A stretch of 64,000 bases of DNA from an uncultured Gammaproteobacteria bacterium (GCA_913045115.1 CAJWPJ010000003.1:854-64853), one strand, 5' to 3'. Shown: positions 1 to 9,892, numbered from the stretch's first letter. Program-made: numbers and translations. The notes: generated by a model not told the origin, from the letters alone.

Positions 1-1215
1 GAAAAAAAGATTTTTTACGTCTTCTGATTTATTATGAAACCGGAACCATGCAGATTGCTGAAAAAGTGGAGCGATCGAGAAACCTGAACCCCAAGAAGTG
101 TGGAACTTACGCTCAAATGTATCGGGTGTGACAAAAAAGGATTCGTCCAACGAATCTGATAATCCAGGCATAATGGTCGTTTCGAGTTGATACATGACCC
201 TTTGCTTGAGTTTCTCCCCTTCATCCTCCCAATTTATGCCTGATTGCTTGTTGGGTACGGGTGCGAGAACATAAAATGCATCACCATCTGGTGGAGCCAT
301 GCTTTCATCGGTGGCAGACGGCCGGTGTAGGTACAAACTCAGGTCATCTGAAAGAATCTGCCGATCGAAAATGTCCTCTAACAATTTTTTATATTCTTCG
401 CCGAATAAAATGGTGTGGTGTTTGATAGAGGGGAACCTCTTTTTGGTGCTGAAATACCAGACAAAAAGCCCCATTGAGTACGATAGGGATTTTAACTTTT
501 TATCGGTCCACTTCCGTCGTTTTTCAGAGGGTATCAATTTCTCATAAACCATAGGCGGATCAGCATCACAAACTACAATGTCTGACTCAATTTTTTCACC
601 TGAGGCTAAGATCACACCTTTTGCCTCACCGTTTTGAACCAAGATTTGTTTTACAGTTCTGTTATAATTGAATTTTATACCAACTTCTCTCGATAATTTT
701 TCAATTGCCTGTACCAATGCTCCGGTTCCTCCTTTAGGAAACCAAACTCCCCATTTTCGTTCCAGATAGTGAATTAAACAGTAGATAGAAGTCGTTTGAA
801 AGGGGTTACCACCGACTAGAAGAGGATGAATAGAGAATGCTCGCCTGAGGCGCTCGTCTTTTATGTATTGGCTGACGAAATCATAAACTGATAGGTAGCT
901 CTTCAGGCTAAGTAATACAGGAACCTGACGAAGCATCGTGCTAAATTTGTTGAATGGTTTGTCTGAGAGATCCTCGAAGCCCACCTCAAAAATTTTTTTT
1001 GAATACTCAACTAAACCGCGATAATTTTCCTCAGGATTTTCTGAGACCCGTTCTATTTCACTTTCGGTGTCTTTAATCTTCCCGCCATAATCCATGTATG
1101 TTTTATCTTTAAAATGAAATCGATACCAGGGTTCGACAGGTAAAAATTTTATGTAATCACTCCTATCACGACCGAATAAATTAAATAACTCATCAAATAA
1201 AAAAGGAGCAGTTAT
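1..1215 (-). CDS. crtI: Phytoene desaturase, partial: runs off the window at its 3' end and is 5'-truncated at the ~1216 junction
   Basis: Manual minus-strand translation (absent from the ORF track): ITAPFLFDELF...PVEPWYRF...FSIHPLLVGGNPFQTTSIYCLIHYLERKWGVWFPKGGTGALV...LSLYLHRPSATD...FYVLAPVPN...QSAWFRFHNKSEDVKNLFF. The N-terminal GxGxxG FAD-binding part is missing. Confidence 0.93.
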   Translation of the reverse strand, partial: MTAPFLFDELFNLFGRDRSDYIKFLPVEPWYRFHFKDKTYMDYGGKIKDTESEIERVSENPEENYRGLVEYSKKIFEVGFEDLSDKPFNKFSTMLRQVPVLLSLKSYLSVYDFVSQYIKDERLRRAFSIHPLLVGGNPFQTTSIYCLIHYLERKWGVWFPKGGTGALVQAIEKLSREVGIKFNYNRTVKQILVQNGEAKGVILASGEKIESDIVVCDADPPMVYEKLIPSEKRRKWTDKKLKSLSYSMGLFVWYFSTKKRFPSIKHHTILFGEEYKKLLEDIFDRQILSDDLSLYLHRPSATDESMAPPDGDAFYVLAPVPNKQSGINWEDEGEKLKQRVMYQLETTIMPGLSDSLDESFFVTPDTFERKFHTSWGSGFSIAPLFQQSAWFRFHNKSEDVKNLFF

Positions 1216-1216
1216 T

Positions 1217-1948
1217 GTATCTAAAAATAACGCTGAGATACTATATAACAGTGATTTTATAAATAGCTATGATTATTACCTGCCGATATGTCCAGAGAAT
1301 TATTTGATTTATTACAATTATGTGAAAAAAATAGCTCCTGATGTAAATAACATTAATCTTTCATGTGCTAGAACAATATTAATGACGAGTGATAAGTTAA
1401 CTTTTAAGGAAATCTGTAATAAAAAAAATATACCTAATCCGGATTTATTTGATTTATTTACAGGTAACAAGCTATATATTGAGAAAGATAGAACTGGTTG
1501 CGGATCTACAAATGTTAGAATAGTCAAAGATAATAAGTCTTATAAAAATGATAGAATTATTGAAAAATATATACCAGGATCTAGCTTCAGTATTAGCTTG
1601 CATGTTACTCACAAAAGCTATCATATAATGTCAATTAATAGACAAATAATTCAAAAGAAAAAAAATCATATTAAATTGAAGGCATTAGTGGTTAATATCT
1701 ATCCTTCATTTAAAAATCATTTATATAATTTTGTTGAGAATATTTTGAACGCTTTTCCAAAACTTAGAGGATTTATTGGTTTAGATTTTATTGAGTACAA
1801 AGGAGAGCTATTTTTAATTGAAATAAATTCAAGATATACAACTTCCATGTCTCTAATTGAAAGATGCAAGAAAAAGAATCCATTAGATTACATATGTGAC
1901 AGAGGAAAAAACATAGCAGGAAAATCATGTCGATTAGAACTAATTTAA
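1217..1948 (+). CDS. ATP-grasp ligase, MfnD/Orf1-like (methanofuran/methylofuran biosynthesis), 5'-truncated
   Basis: ATP-grasp motifs IEKYIPG, SINRQ, GFIGLDF, IEINSRYTTS. The frame stays open upstream of the called TTG (1304) through YDYYLPICPE back to the junction. Adjacent to the Orf9-like gene. Confidence 0.75.
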   Translation, partial: VSKNNAEILYNSDFINSYDYYLPICPENYLIYYNYVKKIAPDVNNINLSCARTILMTSDKLTFKEICNKKNIPNPDLFDLFTGNKLYIEKDRTGCGSTNVRIVKDNKSYKNDRIIEKYIPGSSFSISLHVTHKSYHIMSINRQIIQKKKNHIKLKALVVNIYPSFKNHLYNFVENILNAFPKLRGFIGLDFIEYKGELFLIEINSRYTTSMSLIERCKKKNPLDYICDRGKNIAGKSCRLELI

Positions 1949-2976
1949 TTAAGATAGGATGGGATCTAGGTGGTGCACACATAAAGTACTGCGTTGAATC
2001 CCAAGCATCAAATATAATTTGGTACGATATAATACATTTCGATTTTTGGAAAGATTACTCAAAACTAAGCGCCCTAATTATAGATATTTGTAAACAATAT
2101 CATGAAAAAGGAGCATTAATAGAAAACTATTTTACAATGTCAGCTGAGATGTGTGATTGTTTTGAGAACAGAAGTGCTGGCGTAAAATATATTCTCAATC
2201 AGATAAAAAAAATTAAATATAGCTCATATATTTTTTCAAAGAGTGGGTTAAGTAAGCTAGACAATAAGTATAAAATTTATCCAGATAAAGTTGGATCCTA
2301 TAATTGGTATGCTTCAGCCCTATATATATCAACACTTATTGATAATGTAATTCTAATTGATTTTGGGTCTACCACCTGTGACTTTTCAATAATAAAAAAT
2401 GGGAAAATTCTTAACAAAAGGACCTCAGATATAGATGGAATGTTAACTGGGGAACTTTTATATACTGGCTGTTCAAGGACACCAATATATGCGCACATCA
2501 ATCAAATAAGATTTGGAAATAGAATTTATAATATTATCCCAGAAAACTTTTCTTCTATGTCAGATGTTAATATAATTTTGGGTAAGTTAAACAAGCAAGA
2601 TGTTTATTCAAAATCGTCAGATGGATCAAATCATTCTTTGCTGCAGTCATACAAACGAATCTGTAGATCATTTGGGTTTGATTATAATAGCTCTATGAAA
2701 AAACTCGTGAATCATCTATGCTTGAAAATCTATGATGCTCAAGTTGATTTGATCAATAAGACATTATCCCTCCACTGTCATAAATATTTTAGGGACTCTA
2801 AATATAATATTGTTGGGCTAGGATTAGGATCGAAAATTATTATGAATATGTGTAAGCAGAATAGATATGACTATATAGATGTAAGAGATATACTAAATGA
2901 TACTATAGTAAATGGTGATTATTTATCGAATCTTTTTCCTGCATTCGTTTTAAATAGGTTAAGCAATGAGTTATAA
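1927..2976 (+). CDS. H4MPT-linked C1 pathway protein Orf9, MfnF-like (hydantoinase/oxoprolinase family)
   Basis: IGWDLGGAHIK, TMSAEMCDCF, NWYASA, DFGSTTCD and GELLYTGCSRTP motifs; cluster context. Confidence 0.85.
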   Translation: MSIRTNLIKIGWDLGGAHIKYCVESQASNIIWYDIIHFDFWKDYSKLSALIIDICKQYHEKGALIENYFTMSAEMCDCFENRSAGVKYILNQIKKIKYSSYIFSKSGLSKLDNKYKIYPDKVGSYNWYASALYISTLIDNVILIDFGSTTCDFSIIKNGKILNKRTSDIDGMLTGELLYTGCSRTPIYAHINQIRFGNRIYNIIPENFSSMSDVNIILGKLNKQDVYSKSSDGSNHSLLQSYKRICRSFGFDYNSSMKKLVNHLCLKIYDAQVDLINKTLSLHCHKYFRDSKYNIVGLGLGSKIIMNMCKQNRYDYIDVRDILNDTIVNGDYLSNLFPAFVLNRLSNEL

Positions 2977-4318
2977 ATTACATCCACTAGATTTTTCAAT
3001 TCCATCTGAACAGGTCTTTGAGAGCATTAAGAATGAGGATTGGTCTGTATTTTTGAATAGTAACAACAAAAAGTATACCGATCAGAGATTTGACATACTA
3101 TCTGCTAGTCCTAAACAAAAAATTATATTTTCTGATGATAGCGCTTATCTTATAAATAAAAATGAAGAACCAAAAAAAACTGAATTATGTCCATTTGAAT
3201 TATTAAGAGAAGTCATGAGTAAGTACAAATCTAATTGTGATACTGATATACCATTCTCTGGTGGCGCAATAGGTTATATATCTTATGATTATGGCAACTA
3301 TTTACATAATATTGAGAATAAAAATAATCATTTCAATCAACCTCTTTTGGCATTTGGTATTTATGATTGGGCTGTTATCTATGATTATGCTCTTGAAAAA
3401 TCATTCCTCTTATACCATGAAAAAAATTCTATAACTGAAAATATTATAAATAATAATAAGAAGAGTCTTGATTCTAATGTAATGCCTTTTCAGATCACAT
3501 CTAGATGTGAGTCGAATATGAACTATGATTTATATGAAATGAAGCTTCTTAAAATCTTAGAATATATAAGAGCCGGAGATTGCTATCAAGTGAATCTATC
3601 TCAGATGTTTACACTTAGTTATGAAGGGAACGAATATGAGTTATATAAAAACCTAAACAAATCCTTTGCTTCACCTTACTCTGCATATATGAATTATCCA
3701 TTTGGAAAGATCTTATCTTTCTCCCCTGAAAGATTCTTATCTATCAAGAATAATATTGTTGAAACTAAGCCTATTAAGGGCACTAGACCAAGGTCAGATG
3801 ATCCAAACATAGATAAAAAAAATATAGAAGATCTAGAATCATCTCAGAAAGATAGAGCAGAGAATCTAATGATAGTAGACTTACTAAGGAACGATTTAGG
3901 AATGAATTGTAAAAAGGGCAGTGTTAAAGTAGATAAGCTTTTTGATATAGAAACTTTTGCAAATGTACATCATTTAGTAAGCACAATTCATGCAGAAATA
4001 GATAGTGAATCAAATATTTATAATCTTATCAAAGATGCATTTCCGGGCGGTTCTATCACTGGCGCACCTAAGTTAAGAGCAATGCAAATTATCCATGAAC
4101 TTGAGCCTAATAATAGATCTATTTATTGTGGATCAATCGGTTATATTAGTTTTGATGAGAAAACAGACTTTAATATTTCTATAAGATCCATGATCTCTAA
4201 AGACAATAACTTATACTTCTGGGGCGGGGGTGGTATAGTATACGACTCTGATATTCGAAGTGAATATAATGAGACAATATCTAAAGTCAAACCACTTCTT
4301 GATATATTCTCTGATTAA
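2966..4318 (+). CDS. pabB: Aminodeoxychorismate synthase component I
   Basis: PFSGGAIGYISYD, SPERFL, PIKGT, KDRAENLMIVDLLRND, FPGGSITGAPK. Confidence 0.92.
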   Translation: MSYKLHPLDFSIPSEQVFESIKNEDWSVFLNSNNKKYTDQRFDILSASPKQKIIFSDDSAYLINKNEEPKKTELCPFELLREVMSKYKSNCDTDIPFSGGAIGYISYDYGNYLHNIENKNNHFNQPLLAFGIYDWAVIYDYALEKSFLLYHEKNSITENIINNNKKSLDSNVMPFQITSRCESNMNYDLYEMKLLKILEYIRAGDCYQVNLSQMFTLSYEGNEYELYKNLNKSFASPYSAYMNYPFGKILSFSPERFLSIKNNIVETKPIKGTRPRSDDPNIDKKNIEDLESSQKDRAENLMIVDLLRNDLGMNCKKGSVKVDKLFDIETFANVHHLVSTIHAEIDSESNIYNLIKDAFPGGSITGAPKLRAMQIIHELEPNNRSIYCGSIGYISFDEKTDFNISIRSMISKDNNLYFWGGGGIVYDSDIRSEYNETISKVKPLLDIFSD

Positions 4319-4991
4319 TAAGTTTGAAATTTTTTAAGATATCCTGACATATCATTGAATCAATATCTTCTCGTTTTGAATTAGAGCATAACGCTCCACG
4401 CAAACCTATAAAATCTGGTTGTAGAGAAAGCACATCTTCAAATTTAGTTGGTGTAATAGATCCTGATATCCCACAGAATTTGCCAGACTTCTTGCATGAC
4501 TCCACAAAAAACTTCAATGTGTCTCTTGTTAAAATATCTAGTGTAGATTGGTTGTTTTTTGAAACAGTGTCTATCATAAGCCCATCATAATTTAACTTAA
4601 GTATATTTTCTAGTTCCTGCTCATTATTTATCAAGTCTGCAAATATCACACCAACAGTTTTGATAGACAATTTTTTTATTGATTTTAAAAAAATAGAATG
4701 TTGTTGTAACAAGTTGTTATCGAATATTCCTATCTTTATATATTCGATACCCAAATGCTCTAATAACTCTACTCTTCTCAATTGTTCTTTTGTTAGTGGG
4801 CTAGAGTCGTTACCCGCAGTAACACTTAATGTACGACCACTAAATATTTCAGTAATTTTTTTTAAAGAGTTATCTCCGACGTAACCAAGTGCACCATCGT
4901 TTACGTTCTTAATGTCAATTATGTCAAAGTCAAATTTAGACATTATCTCAGCTTCATTTTCGTCTTTAATACTAGCTAGGATCTTAGTCAT
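4287..4991 (-). CDS. mfnB: (5-formylfuran-3-yl)methyl phosphate synthase (Orf22/DUF556)
   Basis: LASIKD...DIIDIKN..GALG, YIKIG, MIDT, GISGSI, PDFIGLRGALC. Confidence 0.88.
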   Translation of the reverse strand: MTKILASIKDENEAEIMSKFDFDIIDIKNVNDGALGYVGDNSLKKITEIFSGRTLSVTAGNDSSPLTKEQLRRVELLEHLGIEYIKIGIFDNNLLQQHSIFLKSIKKLSIKTVGVIFADLINNEQELENILKLNYDGLMIDTVSKNNQSTLDILTRDTLKFFVESCKKSGKFCGISGSITPTKFEDVLSLQPDFIGLRGALCSNSKREDIDSMICQDILKNFKLINQRIYQEVV

Positions 4992-5556
4992 TTTTAAAAT
5001 AGCTATTAATTTTATCTTCTATCCAGCTCCATGCTTGCTTCTCATTCTCCCCAGCTGTTTTATCTATGCCTATTTTTAAATACTCATACTCTCTCTTGAC
5101 TTTATCATCATCTATCATGCCTAATCTTGTTGAGAGAACAGCTAATTCAATGACTGAAAATTGGGCCCTATTAAATCCCATAAAGGGTCTTAGATTCTGC
5201 GTGTTTTGGATATAACAAATGATTTTAGGTCTTAGTTCATCTTCTAAAATACTTGATACCTTCAAGTTCATATATGAATTTGTATTAGATAGATGTGCAA
5301 CTTCATCCTTCGGTTGATGATTCAAATCCCATTTCTTCTTCTTGCCTGTAACTATTCCGGCAAACACCTTGACATCGTCTATGTAATTTATTGTAGCTTT
5401 TTTAGTATTGATAAGATTCTCTAATGTCTGTGACGGTTTGAATGGTGATATTTGAACACACTCCTGACTTTCATGATCAATGAACTTAATTCCCATAGGA
5501 GCAATATGTACTCGATTATCTTCATCTACCGTTGTAACAATTACTTCATGAATCAT
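4984..5556 (-). CDS. DUF447 family protein (Orf21, H4MPT biosynthesis-associated)
   Basis: MIHEVIVTT...HIAPMG...PFKPSQTLENL...GFNRAQFSVIELAVLSTRL...IDKTAG. Confidence 0.87.
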   Translation of the reverse strand: MIHEVIVTTVDEDNRVHIAPMGIKFIDHESQECVQISPFKPSQTLENLINTKKATINYIDDVKVFAGIVTGKKKKWDLNHQPKDEVAHLSNTNSYMNLKVSSILEDELRPKIICYIQNTQNLRPFMGFNRAQFSVIELAVLSTRLGMIDDDKVKREYEYLKIGIDKTAGENEKQAWSWIEDKINSYFKND

Positions 5557-6935
5557 TTTCTTTTTTTGAAGGTTGGCCCTAATTCTTTACTCTGGAGTTT
5601 ATTATCAACTTTTTTATCAACTAAGCAACCCCATCCTAACTCTTCATCTTGTTGATATTCTTTTTTTAATTGATATGCAATTTGAGCTCTTGCTAATTCT
5701 ACTCCTAAATAAAAGGCATGTCCCGAGTCATTACTTATCTCTAGATGCTCATAGAAATCAAATGGATCAGCAAAAATCTTATATATATTTTTGTTAAATA
5801 AATGAATGCCATCATCATTCACATATATCCTATAATTTTTATCTTTAATATTACTTTGCATCTCAATGAGTTCATCAGAGCAAAGTGCATAATCTTTATG
5901 CCCATGATTTACTAAAAGACCATCATTAATATGTTTAGGTGTTAAGTTATTTTCAGATGCCGCATGAATAATTCTTCTTGCAAGATCTGTCTCTCTGATA
6001 ACAGTTGAACAATGTCTGCTCACTTGCGTGGTTAGTATATGATTAAGTTTGAGTTCTTCAATGATGCCTAGCATAATCATGTTTATCCCAGAGGTATCAG
6101 CATGCGTTAGTTCTGTTATGTTGCCAAGTCCTATCATAATATGAATGTCAGGATATTTTTCTCTTAGGCTTACGTATCTCATTAAGCTTTCTGTGAAGCC
6201 ATACGATATTGGATCAAGTATAGGATCAGCAATGAATATTAATTTATCGTCTATAGCGCGATCAACTAGCTTATAAAACTCAGGTATATTATTTTCTGTT
6301 GGAATCAAAATCGGATATGAATCTAAATTTTCAAGTATATGGTATGTTTCTGCTTTGATACTTAGTAGATAATCAGCACCTGCTTTTGAGCCTCGAATAA
6401 GCTCGTCAGTATTATGTGAGTCAATGCTAACGTAAAAATTTCTGCTCTTTAGCTCTTGGACAATCTCTTCAAGATGAGGAAAGTGTTTGTTTGGTAAACA
6501 GCCCACATCAATTACATCTGCACCCTCAGATCTGAAGTATTCTGCTTTTTGAATGACTTGATCAACAGTCATATTTAGTGCATCTGTTATTTCTCCAAAT
6601 ATTGATGTTTCAAATTTTGAAAGGTCATACTTTACTGGCTTTGCTCCAAAGAGAAGGGGTAAATCTTTGAGTTCATCTGGACCTCTAGTAATCTTTTTTC
6701 TTATGTTATTTTCAAGTATTTTGATATCACCTCTTACTCTTCCAGGTATGATTATCTCATCAAAGCCATCCACATTACCGATTCTCCTTTCGATCATTTC
6801 AGTAGTTAGGAGTGCTGCAACATTTACATTTAAGTTTCTTATTTCATATGAAAAGTTCTTATCTTCTATACTATCAATTACTGTTTTAAGACCTTTCTCT
6901 GCTAATTTCCCAGTTATGAATAGAATGTTTTTCAT
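5553..6935 (-). CDS. Dihydropteroate synthase-related protein Orf20 (DUF6513), H4MPT biosynthesis
   Basis: ILFITGKLAE, VAALLT, RGPDELKDLP, GADVIDVGC, DPILDPI, GNITELTHADT, HAFYLGVELARA. Confidence 0.88.
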   Translation of the reverse strand: MKNILFITGKLAEKGLKTVIDSIEDKNFSYEIRNLNVNVAALLTTEMIERRIGNVDGFDEIIIPGRVRGDIKILENNIRKKITRGPDELKDLPLLFGAKPVKYDLSKFETSIFGEITDALNMTVDQVIQKAEYFRSEGADVIDVGCLPNKHFPHLEEIVQELKSRNFYVSIDSHNTDELIRGSKAGADYLLSIKAETYHILENLDSYPILIPTENNIPEFYKLVDRAIDDKLIFIADPILDPISYGFTESLMRYVSLREKYPDIHIMIGLGNITELTHADTSGINMIMLGIIEELKLNHILTTQVSRHCSTVIRETDLARRIIHAASENNLTPKHINDGLLVNHGHKDYALCSDELIEMQSNIKDKNYRIYVNDDGIHLFNKNIYKIFADPFDFYEHLEISNDSGHAFYLGVELARAQIAYQLKKEYQQDEELGWGCLVDKKVDNKLQSKELGPTFKKRK

Positions 6936-7462
6936 TTAGCTAGCTTTGTAAGATTATTTTTTAAAGATTTAACATTATCAACAACAATTACATTCTTAAA
7001 TTTTTTAAGAGCTCTATAGTTTTTGAGGTCAATATCTCTTGGGTATAATGTTACGAGTTTTTTTGGTGCTTGCGTAATTACAATAGGCTCTGTGTCACAG
7101 GCAAAAACTAATGACTTCACCTCACATTTACCTGCCTGTGCAAACATATTAGTAACAAGGGTATCTGAGATGCCTTGTGCCATTAAAGCTATTGTGTTTG
7201 ATGTTGCTGGAGATATGACTACGAGTTTGTAGACTGATTCATATAATAAGCTAACTGGAGATGCACTTGATGTTACATCTCTAAAAATTTTAATTTTATT
7301 TTTTTTAAAAATAGATAAATCATAATCGTACCACTTTAGTACCTCTTCACCTGCTTTGCTTAAATATAAATCTACATTTTCAAAAGTTAGCATCAAATCT
7401 ATAGATTCTTTCAGGTAGTGACCTGAACCAGTTATACACCAAGCTATTCTTTTTTTATCCAT
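6932..7462 (-). CDS. dmrB: Flavoprotein, dihydromethanopterin reductase (AfpA/DmrB type)
   Basis: RIAWCITGSGHYL, PATSNT, GISDTLVTNMFAQAGK, FACDT, YPRDIDL; context. Confidence 0.8.
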   Translation of the reverse strand: MDKKRIAWCITGSGHYLKESIDLMLTFENVDLYLSKAGEEVLKWYDYDLSIFKKNKIKIFRDVTSSASPVSLLYESVYKLVVISPATSNTIALMAQGISDTLVTNMFAQAGKCEVKSLVFACDTEPIVITQAPKKLVTLYPRDIDLKNYRALKKFKNVIVVDNVKSLKNNLTKLAK

Positions 7463-8063
7463 ATAATTTATTTATCAAAAATCTATTTTTTTCAATATCA
7501 TCTTTTGAATTAATATTTATAAACATCTCTTCACTTTGTTCAAAGCAAATATCTTTATAACCGCATGCAGTATACCACTTATCAATTTTTCTCTCTCCTG
7601 TTTCTAAAAATACTTTTAAGTTTTCTTTTAGTGAAGATGCTAAACGTGCATAAACAGGTTGTAATCGATCTGCCGTCTTAACCACTAATATATTATGATT
7701 TTCTCCATAGTTGATAAGTTTCTCAAAATAGTCCTCCTTAATAAAAGGACCATCGCATGGCAGTATTATGACATGTTTATTTTTACATTTTGATAATGCG
7801 GTATATATACCTGAGAGAGGCCCCTGATAATCATCAAGTATGTCTGAGTGTATGTGTGGATGTAATTTTTTATATTCCTCAAGATTATTGTTAGTAATCA
7901 CAAATACATCATTTGAGTATTTACTAGAGAGTTTGACTATTCTTGATAAGACGGAAAACCCATTAAACTCTATCAAGCCCTTATCCTCATAGTCCATTCT
8001 AGATGATTTCCCTCCAGATAATATAGCGATAGATAGATCATCTTTTTGTATTTTAGTTGACAT
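7455..8063 (-). CDS. mobA: Molybdenum cofactor guanylyltransferase
   Basis: ILSGGKSSRM..DKGL, QGPLSGI, PCDGPF, FININS. Confidence 0.88.
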   Translation of the reverse strand: MSTKIQKDDLSIAILSGGKSSRMDYEDKGLIEFNGFSVLSRIVKLSSKYSNDVFVITNNNLEEYKKLHPHIHSDILDDYQGPLSGIYTALSKCKNKHVIILPCDGPFIKEDYFEKLINYGENHNILVVKTADRLQPVYARLASSLKENLKVFLETGERKIDKWYTACGYKDICFEQSEEMFININSKDDIEKNRFLINKLYG

Positions 8064-8113
8064 TACAATATTATAAGCTGATAAATTTAAATAGATAACC
8101 TATATAATCAATT
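8064..8113. promoter_or_regulatory. Divergent sigma70 -10 elements for mobA and dusA
   Basis: TATAAT on the minus strand (8070-8075), 6 nt from the mobA ATG; TATAAT on the plus strand (8103-8108), 5 nt from the dusA ATG. Confidence 0.55.
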
Positions 8114-9079
8114 ATGAAAATATTCTTAGCACCAATGGTTGGGAGAACTGATAAATACTTCAGAAGACTAGTGAGAATAATCTCTTCCAATATAATTATG
8201 TTCACTGAAATGATTACAGTAGACTCTTTAATAAGGGGTAATATTAGAAACTATACTGTAGATAAAAGCGAACATCCCGTAGTCGCACAGATAGCTGGTA
8301 ATGATTCAAAGAAATTTGCTGAATGCGCTGAAATACTCACAACATCAGACTTTGATGAAATCAACCTAAATATTGGTTGCCCAAGTGCAAAAGTAGTTAA
8401 AGGCGGTTTTGGAGCATGTCAGATTGTTGATCCATATAGCGTTGCCAAGTTCGTTGAGTCGATTAAGTCATCTACAGATTTACCTGTGTCAATCAAAACT
8501 AGGTTAGGACTTGGTTTCGATCAAAGTTTAGAAGACATCAAAAAATTTATTAAACTAACCAGCGAAGCCGGCTGCAAGACTTTTTATATTCATGCGAGAA
8601 ATGCCATTCTAAATGGTTTATCAACAAGGAAAAATAGGTCTGTTCCGCCCTTGAGGTATGATGACGTGATGAAACTCAAAGAAATATATCCACACTTAGA
8701 TATATATATCAATGGAGGTATAGTTGATTTAGAAGACCTAAAAAAGTTATTAAAAATTTATGGAGGCGTAATGTTAGGAAGAAAGATATATGACGATCCT
8801 ATGTTTCTAAATGATATTGAGAAAAATATATACTCCTCTAATAGTAAGTTATCTACTTATGACATTATTTGTAGATACATTGATCAACTCGATGAAGAAG
8901 ATTCTCACAATAAGTTATATGCACTAAAACATCTTGTAAACTTATATAAAGGAACATGCTATGCAAAAAAATGGAGAAAATTTTTACATTCAATGATAAA
9001 TTCTGATCAACCAATACAAAATATTAAAAATTTCGATTATAGGAGCAATAATGAAAAAAGAGAAATTAACTGCTCGTAA
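8114..9079 (+). CDS. dusA: tRNA-dihydrouridine(20/20a) synthase
   Basis: LAPM, FTEMI, EINLNIGCPS.KV..G.FGAC, KTRLG, HARNAIL.GLS.RKNR.VPPLRY, INGGI, GVMLGR. Confidence 0.88.
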   Translation: MKIFLAPMVGRTDKYFRRLVRIISSNIIMFTEMITVDSLIRGNIRNYTVDKSEHPVVAQIAGNDSKKFAECAEILTTSDFDEINLNIGCPSAKVVKGGFGACQIVDPYSVAKFVESIKSSTDLPVSIKTRLGLGFDQSLEDIKKFIKLTSEAGCKTFYIHARNAILNGLSTRKNRSVPPLRYDDVMKLKEIYPHLDIYINGGIVDLEDLKKLLKIYGGVMLGRKIYDDPMFLNDIEKNIYSSNSKLSTYDIICRYIDQLDEEDSHNKLYALKHLVNLYKGTCYAKKWRKFLHSMINSDQPIQNIKNFDYRSNNEKREINCS

Positions 9080-9857
9080 AGCCGATATCAATTCACTTTA
9101 TGAGGAATCGGTTCAATGTCCAGAATTTGAAGTAGGCTTTATAAAAAAATTATTCAAGAAATATTACAAATCTAGGTGTAGAAGCCTAAGGGAAGACTTT
9201 TGTGCTTCGGCATTAATCTCAGCTGAGTGGGTTCTGGATAATAAGGATAATACATCTCTTTCAGTAGATTTAGATAGAAAAATGATTGACGCTGCAAAAA
9301 AAACTGCCTCAGAAAAACTACAAAACGAACAACGCTCTAGAATGAAAATAAGATATGGTGATTCTTCAAAATACAAGGGAGATATAGTGGATTGTATCCT
9401 TGCTACAAACTTTAGCTATTTTGTATTTAAAGATAGACAGAAGCTAATTAAATATTTTTCAAATGCCTATAATCAATTAAAAAAGAAGGGCTTATTTATG
9501 CTTGATGCATTTGGTGGATATGAAGCACATCAACTTTTAGAAGAGAGAACCAAGCACAAAAATTTTACATACGTTTGGGACCAATCTTCTTTCAATCCAA
9601 TAACTCATGAGATTCAATGCTATATCCATTTTGAGTTTCCAGATAAGACAAAGAAAAATAAAGCATTTAGTTACAACTGGAGGCTATGGACGTTGCCTGA
9701 AATTCAAGAGTGCCTAAGAGAGGCTGGATTTAGATATGTTGATATTTATATGCAGGGCTGGGATGATGAAAAGGATGAGGAGACAGAAAAGTTTTATAAG
9801 GTAACCAAATGCGACGCAGATCCTGCATGGGTAGCATATCTAGTGGCAAGAAAATAG
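9051..9857 (+). CDS. Class I SAM-dependent methyltransferase of the uncharacterised LREDFC family
   Basis: LYEESVQCP, LREDFCASA, NFSYF, DAFGG, YVWDQ, AFSYNWRLWTLPEI. Confidence 0.75.
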   Translation: MKKEKLTARKADINSLYEESVQCPEFEVGFIKKLFKKYYKSRCRSLREDFCASALISAEWVLDNKDNTSLSVDLDRKMIDAAKKTASEKLQNEQRSRMKIRYGDSSKYKGDIVDCILATNFSYFVFKDRQKLIKYFSNAYNQLKKKGLFMLDAFGGYEAHQLLEERTKHKNFTYVWDQSSFNPITHEIQCYIHFEFPDKTKKNKAFSYNWRLWTLPEIQECLREAGFRYVDIYMQGWDDEKDEETEKFYKVTKCDADPAWVAYLVARK

Positions 9858-9858
9858 A

Positions 9859-9886
9859 TTGATAACTTCAACGTTAATCATATAAT
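9859..9886 (+). promoter_or_regulatory. Sigma70 promoter of rnpB
   Basis: TTGATA (9859-9864), 16-nt spacer, TATAAT (9881-9886), 6 nt before the RNA 5' end. Confidence 0.7.
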
Positions 9887-9892
9887 ACCTTT

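Noticed and set aside
15..547. ORF-track calls 15..224(-) and 299..547(+)
   Set aside because: Shadow frames over the crtI coding region.
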